A stretch of DNA of 64,000 nt, from NCBI GenBank assembly GCA_963674965.2, contig CAXXFL010000002.1, forward strand, positions 192,001 to 256,000, read 5' to 3'. Positions within the stretch are counted from its first letter, which is position 1. Every line of letters begins with the position of its first letter. This DNA comes from a bacterium. GTDB taxonomy: Bacteria > RBG-13-61-14 > DATKZS01. A program made the translations under genes and the position numbers. Under the pieces are notes generated by a model. The model worked only from the letters and a program-made list of their open reading frames with translations, did no database searches and was not told the origin of the DNA. This document shows, in pieces, positions 47,484 to 57,770 of this stretch.

Positions 47484-49106
47484 CTAAAGCAGCCCCGTAA
47501 TCAGGTCGTTCATATAGGGGAGGTATTCCTTCCCATAGTCTCGCCAGAACTCGCATTTTTGCTCGACCCCGGCCGGTTCTTGCCTGGTGACCTCGTCGAT
47601 CACGATGACCTGGGCGTCTTCCACCTGGAAAGGCTCCCATTGTGGAAGTCCGGGGCCGTTGGGGTCGCCGGTTTTGGCGAAGTTAGTCCAGTATCCCTGC
47701 ATGACCTCGGTGATGACCCGGGTGGCGTCCTCCTGTTTCTTGCCGTAGAGCATGGCCGCGGGAGGGCGGTCAAAGGAGTCGAAAATAAAGGGCAGCTCGG
47801 CCGTGTGGAAGGAACCAAGATACTTGCCGAACTTCATGCCCTTGTAATCGAAGCGATAGAAATAGGCCTGGCCTCCCCAACCTTTCACCGCCTCGAGCAG
47901 CCTGTAGGTCGGGCAGCGCATGGCGGCGTCGGCGCCGAGCATCTGGCCCATGGCCTCGACGGGCCGGTCCTTGTACTCGGACGGGGGGTAGAGCGCGGCA
48001 AGCTCGGAAGCCTGCTCGTCGGTCATGTCGAAGCTCTTGGTCAGACGCTTCTCGTATCCGGCGGGCCGGGTGTAATAGTAGGAAGGATTCAGCTTGACCA
48101 TCTTTCCGAACTCGTCCAGGACCGTGCCCGCCATGATCTCGACCTTCGAGCAGTCGCCGCTCTCGATCATTTTCAAGGGCGTGTCCTTTAAGAAGTAGCC
48201 GTCGTGGTGGGGAGTATAGTTGAACCCGTCCATCAAGGTGCCGCCTATTTTATTTACCAGCCTGGCCGCGGGTATCTTTCTCATGCACTCGATATCGTGA
48301 TAATCGCATCCCATTTGTTTCATTAAATCGCGGGCTTGATCGTATCCATCCGTGAGGTCCTGGCTTAGCTCGCAAGTCCCGCTCTGCATGATGGCCCGCG
48401 CGAAAAGCCCCCGCGTAAGGGGAGTGGCCACCATGGAGCAGACGCTGATACCGCCGGCGGATTCTCCGAATATGGTTATATTGTCGGGGTCGCCGCCAAA
48501 GGCCGCGATGTTTTCATGGACCCATCTCAGGGCCTGGGCCTGATCGAGGGAGCCGTAGCTTCCAGTGGACCCGTTGGGGTCCTCGTCCCGAAGGTCCGGA
48601 TGGGTGAGGAAGCCGATCACCGAAAGCCGGTAGTTGATCGTCACCACGATCACGTCACCCGCCTCGGCCAGCCGGTCTCCCAAGTACTGGGGCTCGCTGC
48701 CCGCGCCCACGTAGTAGCCGCCGCCGTGAATCCAGACCATGACCGGAAATACGCCCGATTTCCTCGGCTTCCAGATATTCAGGAACAGGCAGTCCTCCGA
48801 GGTGGGATCGCTTTTCCTGCCGCCCATCATGTCCTTGCCCTGGACGCACTGGTCGCCGAACTCGAGGGCCTCCCGGACCCCCGACCACTCCGGCATGGGC
48901 TGGGGCGCTCGCCAGCGCAAATCGCCAAGAGGCGGCGCGGCGTAGGGGATGCCCTTCCACACGCAGGTGTTGGTGGCCAGGTCTTCGGACCCGCTGACAA
49001 GACCCGATTCGGTCTTTACCGGCTCGTCGCAATCGACGCCGGCATGGGCGGACAAGGAAAGGGCAAGCAAAGAGACGGCAAAAATAAAGGCGACGATCTT
49101 TTTCAT
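47484..49106 (-). CDS. Secreted type-B carboxylesterase
   Basis: GIPYA.PP, SEDCL.LNIW, WIHGGG, FGESAG, FHTAEL; true start MKKIVAF with GGAGG RBS. Confidence 0.93.
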   Translation of the reverse strand: MKKIVAFIFAVSLLALSLSAHAGVDCDEPVKTESGLVSGSEDLATNTCVWKGIPYAAPPLGDLRWRAPQPMPEWSGVREALEFGDQCVQGKDMMGGRKSDPTSEDCLFLNIWKPRKSGVFPVMVWIHGGGYYVGAGSEPQYLGDRLAEAGDVIVVTINYRLSVIGFLTHPDLRDEDPNGSTGSYGSLDQAQALRWVHENIAAFGGDPDNITIFGESAGGISVCSMVATPLTRGLFARAIMQSGTCELSQDLTDGYDQARDLMKQMGCDYHDIECMRKIPAARLVNKIGGTLMDGFNYTPHHDGYFLKDTPLKMIESGDCSKVEIMAGTVLDEFGKMVKLNPSYYYTRPAGYEKRLTKSFDMTDEQASELAALYPPSEYKDRPVEAMGQMLGADAAMRCPTYRLLEAVKGWGGQAYFYRFDYKGMKFGKYLGSFHTAELPFIFDSFDRPPAAMLYGKKQEDATRVITEVMQGYWTNFAKTGDPNGPGLPQWEPFQVEDAQVIVIDEVTRQEPAGVEQKCEFWRDYGKEYLPYMNDLITGLL

Positions 49107-49137
49107 AAATATCCTCCGGAAAGTAAGGCTATTGTTA

Positions 49138-49323
49138 GAGCTTCTTGCAAAAGTACTTTTCTTTGCGGCATAGCCGCTTTGGAGTGCGGTCGCTTGAGAC
49201 CGCTTTCGAGGGCCTTGGCTTGACAAGGCCTATTAATACACCGGCTTGCCTCGCGTCAAGCCGCTCGGAAGAAAAGCGGCGTCGAGCCGCCGCACTCCAA
49301 AGCGGGAATTTTGCAAGAGGCTC
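49138..49323 (-). mobile_element. 186-bp MITE (inverted) with GTTA target duplication
   Basis: GTTA|GAGCTTCTTGCAAAA...TTTTGCAAGAGGCTC|GTTA. Confidence 0.9.
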
Positions 49324-49861
49324 GTTATTCTACCCCGCTCGAACAATATAGCACACTATCGCGTCGGCAAAAAACAATCAAGGATAAAAAAAGACAATTG
49401 ACCGGAATTGTGGCGGCTCGGAGCTTAACCGGGACGCCTTCCTTTGCCGATTCCCGTCTTAACCTTACGAGTAGCGGCTTTGAATGAGAATAATGAAAGG
49501 GAGCCGAATAGACCAAGAATGGCGGCTCTTATTTTATAATAAGTTTATATATTAGTCATATCAGATAATTAGCCGTTTCTTATTAATCTATTTTATAGTT
49601 CCATCTATTTATATATCTATATTATTGAAATTATCTTGCGATGAAGCCAAAAGGACATATCCTTATTTTCTGACTTTGCCATAAGGTTTTGCTTACCGGC
49701 GGGTAAAATTCGTTTTGCCGCCAATTCCTTGGAAGATTAGTTATTCATCTGTTATATAAGGCGAAAAGTATTGCCGCGATTTATAAAGATGTAAATAATT
49801 CTTGATTTTTCAAGCTTTTTTGATACAATGGGCAAGGATTGACGTGGAAGGAGCGTTCTAT

Positions 49862-50704
49862 ATGCGGAAGCTCAACGATCTTACCTGCCTTTCCGGACGG
49901 ATTGCGGCCATTACCGGCGGAGCCGGCGAGCTTTGCGGGAAGATGGCCGAGGCCCTCTCTGAACTCGACGTAACCACGGTAATAATCGACATTAACGAAA
50001 AAAGGGCCCAGGAAAAAGCGGAAAGCATTGTAAGAAACGGACATAAGTCCATCGGTCTTTCGGCGGACGTAACGTCCCGGGAAAGCCTGGAAAAAGCGCG
50101 TGATCGAATAAGGAACGAGTTCGACGGCCTGGATATTCTTATTAACGGGGCCGGTGGAAATCATCCCGAGGCGACCACCTCGGACAAGTTGCGCTTTTTC
50201 GACCTGCCCCCCGAGGCCGTCAGAAAGGTTTTCGACCTGAACTTTCTGGGGACACTGCTTCCGTGTCAAATACTTGGAGAACTCATACTGGATACGGTAT
50301 TGAAAAACGAAAGCCATGGCAACATCGTCAACCTGAGCTCGATGAACTCGTTTCGGCCCCTTACCCGTATTCCCGCCTACAGCGCGGCAAAGGCGGCCGT
50401 GTCGAACTTCACCCAGTGGCTCGCCGTGCATATGGCTCAAAATTACACGCCCCGGATCAGGGTCAACGCCCTGGCCCCCGGGTTTTTTCTGACGGAGCAA
50501 AACAGGTTCCTCCTGATCGACGAGTCGGGCAAAGACTTCACCGCCCGGGGCCGGACCATACTGGACCATACCCCCGCGGGCGAGCTCGGCCGGGCGGAGG
50601 ACCTGATATCGACTCTACTTTGGCTATTAAACCCGGCCAGTAGATTTGTAAGCGGCGTCGTGGTCCCTGTTGACGGCGGATTCAGCGCGTTCAGCGGCGT
50701 GTGA
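49862..50704 (+). CDS. uxuB: SDR-type D-mannonate oxidoreductase/fructuronate reductase
   Basis: LINGAGGNHP.AT, PLTRIPAYSAAKAA, NFTQWLAVH, APGFFLTEQNR; adjacent to uxaE-like gene. Confidence 0.75.
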   Translation: MRKLNDLTCLSGRIAAITGGAGELCGKMAEALSELDVTTVIIDINEKRAQEKAESIVRNGHKSIGLSADVTSRESLEKARDRIRNEFDGLDILINGAGGNHPEATTSDKLRFFDLPPEAVRKVFDLNFLGTLLPCQILGELILDTVLKNESHGNIVNLSSMNSFRPLTRIPAYSAAKAAVSNFTQWLAVHMAQNYTPRIRVNALAPGFFLTEQNRFLLIDESGKDFTARGRTILDHTPAGELGRAEDLISTLLWLLNPASRFVSGVVVPVDGGFSAFSGV

Positions 50705-52194
50705 CGAGTGGAGGATGGAAATTGGAAGCCGAAACTAAAATAATCGAGGAAAATCCCGTTGATCTGAAGATCGGGTCCAACTACCTGGGAAAGAAACACC
50801 ACCCGGCCATCGGCATCCGAATCCCGGAGATTTTCCTTACCGGCATCGTCAACTCCCTGCAAAAACACAAGTGCGCCGCCGGGCTGATGCTCAGCTTCGG
50901 TCGCGAGACCGCGCCGGACGAGATCATCAACGCGCCGCCCGGCCGCTACGAGATCACCCTCGGCCACACGGGCACCTCCATCCGCAAGTACCTGGTCGCC
51001 GGATCGAGGGCCGCCAGAAGCGCGGCCATACCCGTCGAGATGGAGGCGGACCACCTCATTATCACCGAGTCGTCCGCCATCGCCGTCAAAAGGATCGAGG
51101 GCATCAAAACGCCCAAGCTGATCGGGAACGCGGCCCTCGAGAAAGCCATCAAGTACAACGTCCAGGCCGTGGAGGAGGCCGTCAGCACCGGGCTGGTGCG
51201 GGCCTATACCACCGACGCCTCCGACCTCTTCGACGAGGACGTGACCAAGTTCAAGATGACCGCCCTCAGGAAAAGGCTCAACGAGTACTTCACCGAGGAG
51301 GAGCGCGAGTACATCTCCAAGAACCTGGTGGGAAAACACCGCCTGCGCGGCGCGGACAACAAGGTGGTGAGACTCGAGATCAACAAGGAAAGGGCCATCA
51401 AGCTGGCCCTCAAGTACCGCCACTCGGTGAATATCAACGCCCGCCTCTTCGAGGAGATTAGCTCGAGGATGAAGCACCCCTTCGCCTGGGAGATATCACT
51501 GGACGAGACGGAAAAACCCACGCCGCCGGCCGACCTTTTCATCTTCCTGGGCCTTTGGAAGATGAAGGGGCTGCCCTGCGACTACGTGGCCCCCAACGTG
51601 GGCTTCCAAAAGCGCGAGGACTTCACCGGCGACATGGAGATGTTCAGAAACCGGGTCCGGGCCCTCAACGCCGTGGCCGACCTTTACGGCTCCATGCTCA
51701 GCTTCCACTCCGGCTCCGGGGCGACCCCCTATTCCGGCAAGGGACAGGGCGTGTACGAGACCATCCTCGAGGCCACGGGCGGGAAACTCAAGTATAAAAT
51801 CTCCGGCGTCTACTACGAGCTCCTAATCGAGCTGCTGGCCGGCCATAAGAAAGGCACCGACGCCAGGATCCTCTACGAGCTCATCCACAAGGAGGTCATG
51901 GACTTCCTCCGCAAACAGATCGAGACCAAGGGCCCGCTTCACTCGGAACTCCTCAAAAAACAGATATCCACATACGACCAGGCCAAGCAGGAATTCGACC
52001 CCCGCGCCGAGTGCTTCAGGTACAACTCCTTCCTCGCCCTCAACTTCAGGGACCAGAAGGGAAGAAGATACTACAGGGAAAGACTCATAAGGCTCTACCT
52101 GGACGACCTGAAACTCAAAAAACAAGTCGACCAGGAAGTCGAGGCCCTCACCTCGAGACTCATCGAGGGACTTAAGTTCGCGAATAATTATTGA
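50701..52194 (+). CDS. uxaE: Tagaturonate/fructuronate epimerase-like protein
   Basis: ADH, DAS, EISLDET, APNVGF.K..D, SFHSGS, YKISG motifs. Confidence 0.7.
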   Translation: MTSGGWKLEAETKIIEENPVDLKIGSNYLGKKHHPAIGIRIPEIFLTGIVNSLQKHKCAAGLMLSFGRETAPDEIINAPPGRYEITLGHTGTSIRKYLVAGSRAARSAAIPVEMEADHLIITESSAIAVKRIEGIKTPKLIGNAALEKAIKYNVQAVEEAVSTGLVRAYTTDASDLFDEDVTKFKMTALRKRLNEYFTEEEREYISKNLVGKHRLRGADNKVVRLEINKERAIKLALKYRHSVNINARLFEEISSRMKHPFAWEISLDETEKPTPPADLFIFLGLWKMKGLPCDYVAPNVGFQKREDFTGDMEMFRNRVRALNAVADLYGSMLSFHSGSGATPYSGKGQGVYETILEATGGKLKYKISGVYYELLIELLAGHKKGTDARILYELIHKEVMDFLRKQIETKGPLHSELLKKQISTYDQAKQEFDPRAECFRYNSFLALNFRDQKGRRYYRERLIRLYLDDLKLKKQVDQEVEALTSRLIEGLKFANNY

Positions 52195-52327
52195 CGCGAA
52201 AAAGGGCTTTCGTCTTGGGTGTCCTATCCGGATACCTCACGCGTTCCGCGCGTGTGAGCCATGCGAACGGGCTGATGACGAAAGGATAAAGGGACGTCAT
52301 CAGCATGCCCTTATAATACGGAGGTCG

Positions 52328-52597
52328 ATGAGTATGAAGGTAAAGAAAATATTTATTATTATTTTCACATCCATGGCCGCAATGGCGGCCGCCGCGCCAA
52401 TTCATGACCCTGATGATAATTTTACCAAAGAAGAAATGATAAATACCATCTATGAATTGCAGGGCCTTCTCAATCAGGCAAGTGATCCCGCCATGGAAGA
52501 TTATACTGGGTTGTTTGCCTATATTGAGGGGCCGGAGCATATAGCGCATAGCTTGTATTTTAATACCGACTTACTAATGAGGTCTCTAAATAGATGA
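52328..52597 (+). CDS. Short AT-rich exported hypothetical protein (possibly truncated)
   Basis: GGAGG RBS, signal-peptide-like N-terminus. Confidence 0.45.
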   Translation: MSMKVKKIFIIIFTSMAAMAAAAPIHDPDDNFTKEEMINTIYELQGLLNQASDPAMEDYTGLFAYIEGPEHIAHSLYFNTDLLMRSLNR

Positions 52598-52779
52598 CAC
52601 TTGGGATTGTTCACACAGCGAAACCCTCTTTGTTAGACGTGCAAATAACTTGGGGCTTTCAATAGTGTCACCTACAAATTGATCTGAGTAATATAAGGCG
52701 GTATAACCGCCATGGGTAACTTGTGGTTGGAAAATGGCCTTTAAGTGAATATCCGCCAATAAAGGAGTATTGAGAAATC

Positions 52780-53349
52780 ATGCAATATTCGAACGTCTAC
52801 CTATTGGCCATGGGTATAGCGATACTTATTCTTACGGGATGTAATCAAGTCAAGCACGAACAGAATAATGAGGCACGGATATCGCTTTCAATGGCTGAAA
52901 GCGTCCTTGTGAAGGAATCACTAGTTGGAGTGTCACTCGGTGAAGAGTATGAAACGATCATAAACAATTTTGGGGAGCCTGATGAAACGGTTTGTGAAGG
53001 TCAATGTATAAACAACGGCTGTACCTACTTCATTCACACATTCGCGTCACGGAATTTGAGGATATTCGAGTGTCGTTACGGAAAGTCAAAGGAGCCAGGA
53101 CATGTATCAGATATAATTGTATCAGGGGACTCCAAGGCTGAAACGGCGCGGGGCATAAGCATAGGCTCAAACAGGTCCCAAATATTGCAGGCTTACGGCC
53201 ATTTGGTTTCTTGCGAGGAAGACCACTGCAGCGTCCAAGATGATAATAAACTGAATCTTCCATGGAAGAAATCCAGGATTCTGTTGTCTTTTGATATGAT
53301 AGGAGACAAGGTGGCAACAATAGCTCTTCGAGATAATCTTTGTCTTTGA
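52780..53349 (+). CDS. AT-rich hypothetical lipoprotein
   Basis: AAGGAG RBS, lipobox LTGC, two GV/ISLG...FG.P / T.RGI.IG...YG repeats, paired Cys. Confidence 0.75.
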   Translation: MQYSNVYLLAMGIAILILTGCNQVKHEQNNEARISLSMAESVLVKESLVGVSLGEEYETIINNFGEPDETVCEGQCINNGCTYFIHTFASRNLRIFECRYGKSKEPGHVSDIIVSGDSKAETARGISIGSNRSQILQAYGHLVSCEEDHCSVQDDNKLNLPWKKSRILLSFDMIGDKVATIALRDNLCL

Positions 53350-53464
53350 AATATTTTTTTTGACAATAAGATTTGTCTAGAAACCGAACTGGGAGTAGAT
53401 GTAGATTAGAGGCCTGGATACTCCTACCAAGATTATGCTTTACTGCCATGCGATAATCTCAAGT

Positions 53465-53487
53465 CACTCTTGTCCAAGATAGCTTTT
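53465..53487 (+). mobile_element. Orphan IS4 terminal repeat
   Basis: CACTCTTGTCCAAGATAGCTTTT is the exact reverse complement of 15176-15198. Confidence 0.75.
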
Positions 53488-53927
53488 AATTAATATTGTT
53501 ATCAAAACGCGTCATTTGCAGACATTCGACTTCAAAGGGGAGATTTTGCATTTGATTGCAATGTACGCGGGTTCACTCCCGTGTAAATTTTTACATAGCC
53601 GTTCCTTGTTTTGCACATTGTCGGTTTTTAACGGATGACTCGTCCGTTTTCGAAGAAACCGGGCGGGACCCTCAGCCGCGAAAGCCGTATGGCTCTCTGA
53701 TATAAGGACTCGGGCGGAGGTTGTAAAGGACTCACGCGATTTCCGTTTCACTTATTCAACCGCTTTTTTGCCCTTGCGTTGGATTTTGTTTGACCTTATG
53801 ATAATCGGTTAAATTCGGCCGCCTTCCAGCCGGGAGGCGAGGCGTGGAATCCGGACAAATCCACATATACGCGAGGCGCGATCAATAAAGAAAAGAACGG
53901 CAATGGTCCGTTCAGAGGGAGGAGTTT

Positions 53928-55442
53928 ATGGCGAGTTTCGACAACGAACGGTATTTAAAGGCCCAGACCGAGGCCATCAGGAAACGCATCGACCTTTTCA
54001 AGGGCAAGCTCTACCTGGAGTTCGGCGGGAAGATGATCCTGGACATGCACGCCTCGAGGGTCCTTCCCGGGTACGACCCCAACGTGAAGATCAAGCTCCT
54101 CACCCGGCTCAAGGACATACTCGAGATAATCTACTGCATCCACGCCGGCGACATCGAGAAGGGCCGCATACGCGGCGACTTTGGTCTTCCCTACGACACG
54201 GCCACCCTTCGCACCTTCGACGACCTTGAGGACTTCGGCTTCAAAATCTCCGCCGTCATCGTGAACCGCTACCGGGGGGAAAGGAGCGCGGAGAAGTTCA
54301 TCGGTTTCCTTAACAGGAGGGGCATTCGCGTTTACACCCAGCCCTCGATAGACGGCTACCCCTCGGACGTTGAGAAGATAGTCAGCCCGGAGGGATACGG
54401 CAAGAACCCCTTCGTGGAGACGATAAAACCCCTGGTGATCGTTACGGGCGCCGGTCCCGGCAGCGGCAAGATGTCCACCTGCCTCTCCCAGGTTTACCAC
54501 CATCATCTGATGGGGGAATGCGCTGGTTTCGCCAAGTTCGAGACTTTTCCCATTTGGGACCTTCCACTCAAGCACCCCGTCAACATCGCCTACGAGGCGG
54601 CCACCGCCGACCTGCAGGACGTGAACATGGTTGACCCCTTCCACCTTTCCGAGTACAACGTGACCGCCATCAACTACAACCGGGACGTGGAGAACTTCCC
54701 CATTTTGAAGAAGATCATCACCCGGATCAGCGACGAGAACTCGCCCATGAACTCCTATAAGTCTCCCACCGACATGGGCGTCAACATGGCCCGGCAGGGG
54801 ATAGTGGACGACGAGGGCGTGGCCGAGGCGGCCAGGCAGGAGATAGTACGGCGATATTTTCGCTACTCCCGCGAGTTCAAGCAGGGCCTGGAGAAAAAGG
54901 AGACCGTGGACATAGCCGAGAAACTGATGCAGGAGGTGGGGATCAAGCCCGCGGACCGGCCCACCGTTCCCGCCGCCCGCGAGGCCGCCGAGAAGGCCAG
55001 GGAACTGGGCAAGGGCAACCGGGGCGTATACTGCGGGGCCGCGCTCCAGTTAAAGGACGGCCGCGTTATCGTGGGCATGAACACCCCTCTCATGCGCTCG
55101 GAGTCGGCGGCCATCCTGAACGCCGTCAAGGTCCTGGCCGGCATTCCCCGCGAGATAGACCTCTTGCCCGAGCTCATCATCCAGAAAATAGCGACCTTGA
55201 AAAAGAACATCATGGGTCGAAAGTCGGAGAGCCTGAACGTGCAGGAGGTCATTATCGCCCTGACCATCAGCGCGGCCCTCAGCCCCGCCAGCGAGGTCTG
55301 CCTGCACAAGCTCGAGGAGCTTGACGGCTGCGAGTTCCACTCGAGCCACGTTCTCGGCAAGGGAGATGAGGACGGCCTCAGGCGCCTCAAGCTCAACGTG
55401 ACCACCGACGGACTGCCCACCTCGAGGGGCTTTTATTACTGA
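53928..55442 (+). CDS. DUF1846 (UPF0371) family protein
   Basis: KLYLEFGGK...D.HASRVLPG, GPGSGK, KFETFPIW, YEAATADL, YNRDVE, SPTDMGVN. Confidence 0.9.
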   Translation: MASFDNERYLKAQTEAIRKRIDLFKGKLYLEFGGKMILDMHASRVLPGYDPNVKIKLLTRLKDILEIIYCIHAGDIEKGRIRGDFGLPYDTATLRTFDDLEDFGFKISAVIVNRYRGERSAEKFIGFLNRRGIRVYTQPSIDGYPSDVEKIVSPEGYGKNPFVETIKPLVIVTGAGPGSGKMSTCLSQVYHHHLMGECAGFAKFETFPIWDLPLKHPVNIAYEAATADLQDVNMVDPFHLSEYNVTAINYNRDVENFPILKKIITRISDENSPMNSYKSPTDMGVNMARQGIVDDEGVAEAARQEIVRRYFRYSREFKQGLEKKETVDIAEKLMQEVGIKPADRPTVPAAREAAEKARELGKGNRGVYCGAALQLKDGRVIVGMNTPLMRSESAAILNAVKVLAGIPREIDLLPELIIQKIATLKKNIMGRKSESLNVQEVIIALTISAALSPASEVCLHKLEELDGCEFHSSHVLGKGDEDGLRRLKLNVTTDGLPTSRGFYY

Positions 55443-55458
55443 AGCGCGGCCATCAGGG

Positions 55459-56145
55459 TCAGTACGGGGTCCTCCCGAAAAGGAACTCGTGGCCCCAGAA
55501 AATCATGGCGAAATAAATCAGCGAGGCGACCACCAGAAGCGATACGCTGATCTCGGTGGGATCGAGTCTGGTCTTTCCCCTGACCACGGCGGCGAAGGGG
55601 AAGACGGAGGTCTTTCTCGCGTACTCGGCAAAGGCCTCGCCTTTTTCCCGGGCCTTCCTGGCGTCCTGATGATACGCGCCGATGAAGCCGACCACGAAGA
55701 GGGAGCCGAAAAAGAAGACCGGTCCCACCGAGCCGTTGGTCAGCAAATGAGCGACGCCCAGGCAGGCAAAGCCCATGTTCATGGGATGCCGCGTGATCCT
55801 GGTCATGCCCAGGGGCTCGAGCTTGGCCGGCGCCATGCCCGTGGGACTGGGCTGGGCCGCGGCGAAGACTATCAAGACGATGGCCGCGAACATGAGGATG
55901 TACGCGGCCGGATAGGCCGCCCAGCCGGGAAGGGCCCACAATACCGATCCCATCGAGGCCTCGTCGGCCGTAACGAGCATGTACCCGGCGCCCACCAGCG
56001 TGACCAGGCTGATAATGGAATAGATGGCCCGAAATCCCATCAACCCGAACTTCTTAACCTGCATTTCCCGAATGCCGCCGTGCGAGAGCAGGATATGGGT
56101 CGCCGCGAAGAAAACGCTCAGTACCACCACTAAAACGAGTTTCAT
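55459..56145 (-). CDS. NnrU-family membrane protein
   Basis: FAATH, YS.ISL, RITRHP, HQD.RK, TS..PF.A; AAGGAGG RBS. Confidence 0.85.
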   Translation of the reverse strand: MKLVLVVVLSVFFAATHILLSHGGIREMQVKKFGLMGFRAIYSIISLVTLVGAGYMLVTADEASMGSVLWALPGWAAYPAAYILMFAAIVLIVFAAAQPSPTGMAPAKLEPLGMTRITRHPMNMGFACLGVAHLLTNGSVGPVFFFGSLFVVGFIGAYHQDARKAREKGEAFAEYARKTSVFPFAAVVRGKTRLDPTEISVSLLVVASLIYFAMIFWGHEFLFGRTPY

Positions 56146-56267
56146 TGCCATTCCTCCTTGTTCCCTTTTGGAAACGGATTCAAGGCTAAGTTTCCAACTT
56201 ACGGAAACTCTTGTCAATAGAAGAAGACCACTTTGTTGACTTGCCTTGGACCCTTCATTAAATTGGT

Positions 56268-57761
56268 ATGATGCCAAGTTCAAGTCGCGAGGGCGGCCGC
56301 TCTTTAATCTTGCCGGCCGCCTTGGTCCTTACCATCGCCTACCTGGCGGCCCTGTCCTTTACTCCGGATTTCCTTATCGGGACTCCCGAGTACAAGTGGC
56401 CCGTGCTGAAACACGGCCAGCTCTCGCGTCTTCCCCTCGCCGCCCTGGTCATGGCCCTGGCCTCCGCCGCGTCGCTTCTTCTGTTCCGCGAGGTCAAGGA
56501 GATAGCCGCCGCCAAATGGGGACGGGCTAAAATATTCGCGGCGCTTTTCCTTATCGGCGCAGGCTTCCAGACCGGGCCGGCCCTGGTCCATAAGATGGGC
56601 GCCATCGAGCTTCCGCTTCGGGTCTATCTTCCCGACCACACCTCATATTTCACCGACGCGGCCAAGATCGGGGACGCGGGGGAATGGGCCAGAAACTTCC
56701 CGAAAAACGTGAAGAACATGGCCACCCATACCAGGACCCATCCTCCCGGCGCCACCCTTCTTTTCCTGGCGGTCCAGAGAATGATGGAGCGGACGCCAGC
56801 GCTTTCCGAGGCCTACGTGGACCACGCGCCCAGGAGCGCCGAGGCCATGAAGAGGTTCGGGCTATCGCCCAGCCAGGTAACGGCCGGGGCCTTTAGCGCC
56901 TTGCTGCTTTTCCTGGCGTCGGCCTCCGCGGCGCCCCTTACCTTCGCCATCGCCAGGATCATGATGGACGATAAATCGGCGTTACTCGCGACGGCGCTAT
57001 TCGCGGCCGGACCGGTTTTCGCCCACAAGACGCCCGTGCTCGACCACTTGTTGGGAGTTATTATCCTCCTCTCCCTCTGGCTATGCCTTTCGGCGGTCAG
57101 GCATAAGCACATGTGGCGCATCGGGTTGGCCGGGCTGTTGATGGGAACTGGGGTATGGATGGGCACGGCGGTCCTGGCGGCTTTACCCCTTTGCGCGGCC
57201 TATCTGGCGGCGGCCTTTTTCGTCTTCGCCAAAAAGGACGTAAGCTACGCGAGACTCGCCGTTCTTCTCGCCTGCTGCATACTTGTATTGATGGGGGCGG
57301 CCTTGTTTTCGATCACGCTCGTGGGCGTCGTCCTGGGCGTGGGCTTTCCCGAGGTTTACGCCGCCATCACCGAGACGGGCTGGTATAACAACAACACCGT
57401 CTCCGGCAGGGTCCACTCATGGATGTGGATAGCCTTCAACCATTACGAGGTCCTGGCCTGGGCGGGCGTCCCGGTCGCCATTATGTTCATCGTCGCGGTC
57501 GTCAGGACCGTAAACGCCGCTCGGCAGAAGAGGTTTTCCAGCGTCGATCCCTTCCTCGTGGCCCTGGTGGTATTCCTTTTAGCCCTCAACTTCTCGGGCA
57601 AGGTCTGCTACGAGGCCGCTCGCCTGACCTGGTTCTGCTTTCCCCTGATAGCCATGGCCGGGGCCAGGGAGGCCGCGGCGGAAAAAAGCGGCTGGAAGCT
57701 CCCGGCCGCCCTGGTGGCCATGCAGTCCGCGTCCACCCTGGTCTTCCGAATGATATTCTGA
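56268..57761 (+). CDS. Polytopic membrane glycosyltransferase (GT-C/PMT-like)
   Basis: Many TM helices, H.RTHPPG motif. Confidence 0.7.
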   Translation: MMPSSSREGGRSLILPAALVLTIAYLAALSFTPDFLIGTPEYKWPVLKHGQLSRLPLAALVMALASAASLLLFREVKEIAAAKWGRAKIFAALFLIGAGFQTGPALVHKMGAIELPLRVYLPDHTSYFTDAAKIGDAGEWARNFPKNVKNMATHTRTHPPGATLLFLAVQRMMERTPALSEAYVDHAPRSAEAMKRFGLSPSQVTAGAFSALLLFLASASAAPLTFAIARIMMDDKSALLATALFAAGPVFAHKTPVLDHLLGVIILLSLWLCLSAVRHKHMWRIGLAGLLMGTGVWMGTAVLAALPLCAAYLAAAFFVFAKKDVSYARLAVLLACCILVLMGAALFSITLVGVVLGVGFPEVYAAITETGWYNNNTVSGRVHSWMWIAFNHYEVLAWAGVPVAIMFIVAVVRTVNAARQKRFSSVDPFLVALVVFLLALNFSGKVCYEAARLTWFCFPLIAMAGAREAAAEKSGWKLPAALVAMQSASTLVFRMIF

Positions 57762-57770
57762 TGGTCCTCG

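Noticed and set aside
44062-49323. Composite transposon carrying the lipoprotein and esterase genes
   Set aside because: Each MITE has its own distinct target duplication, indicating independent insertions
53630-53730. Possible c-di-GMP-I riboswitch upstream of the DUF1846 gene
   Set aside because: Hairpin and GCGAAAGCC are suggestive, but the GGCAAAC/GAAA P2 arrangement does not match; needs cmscan
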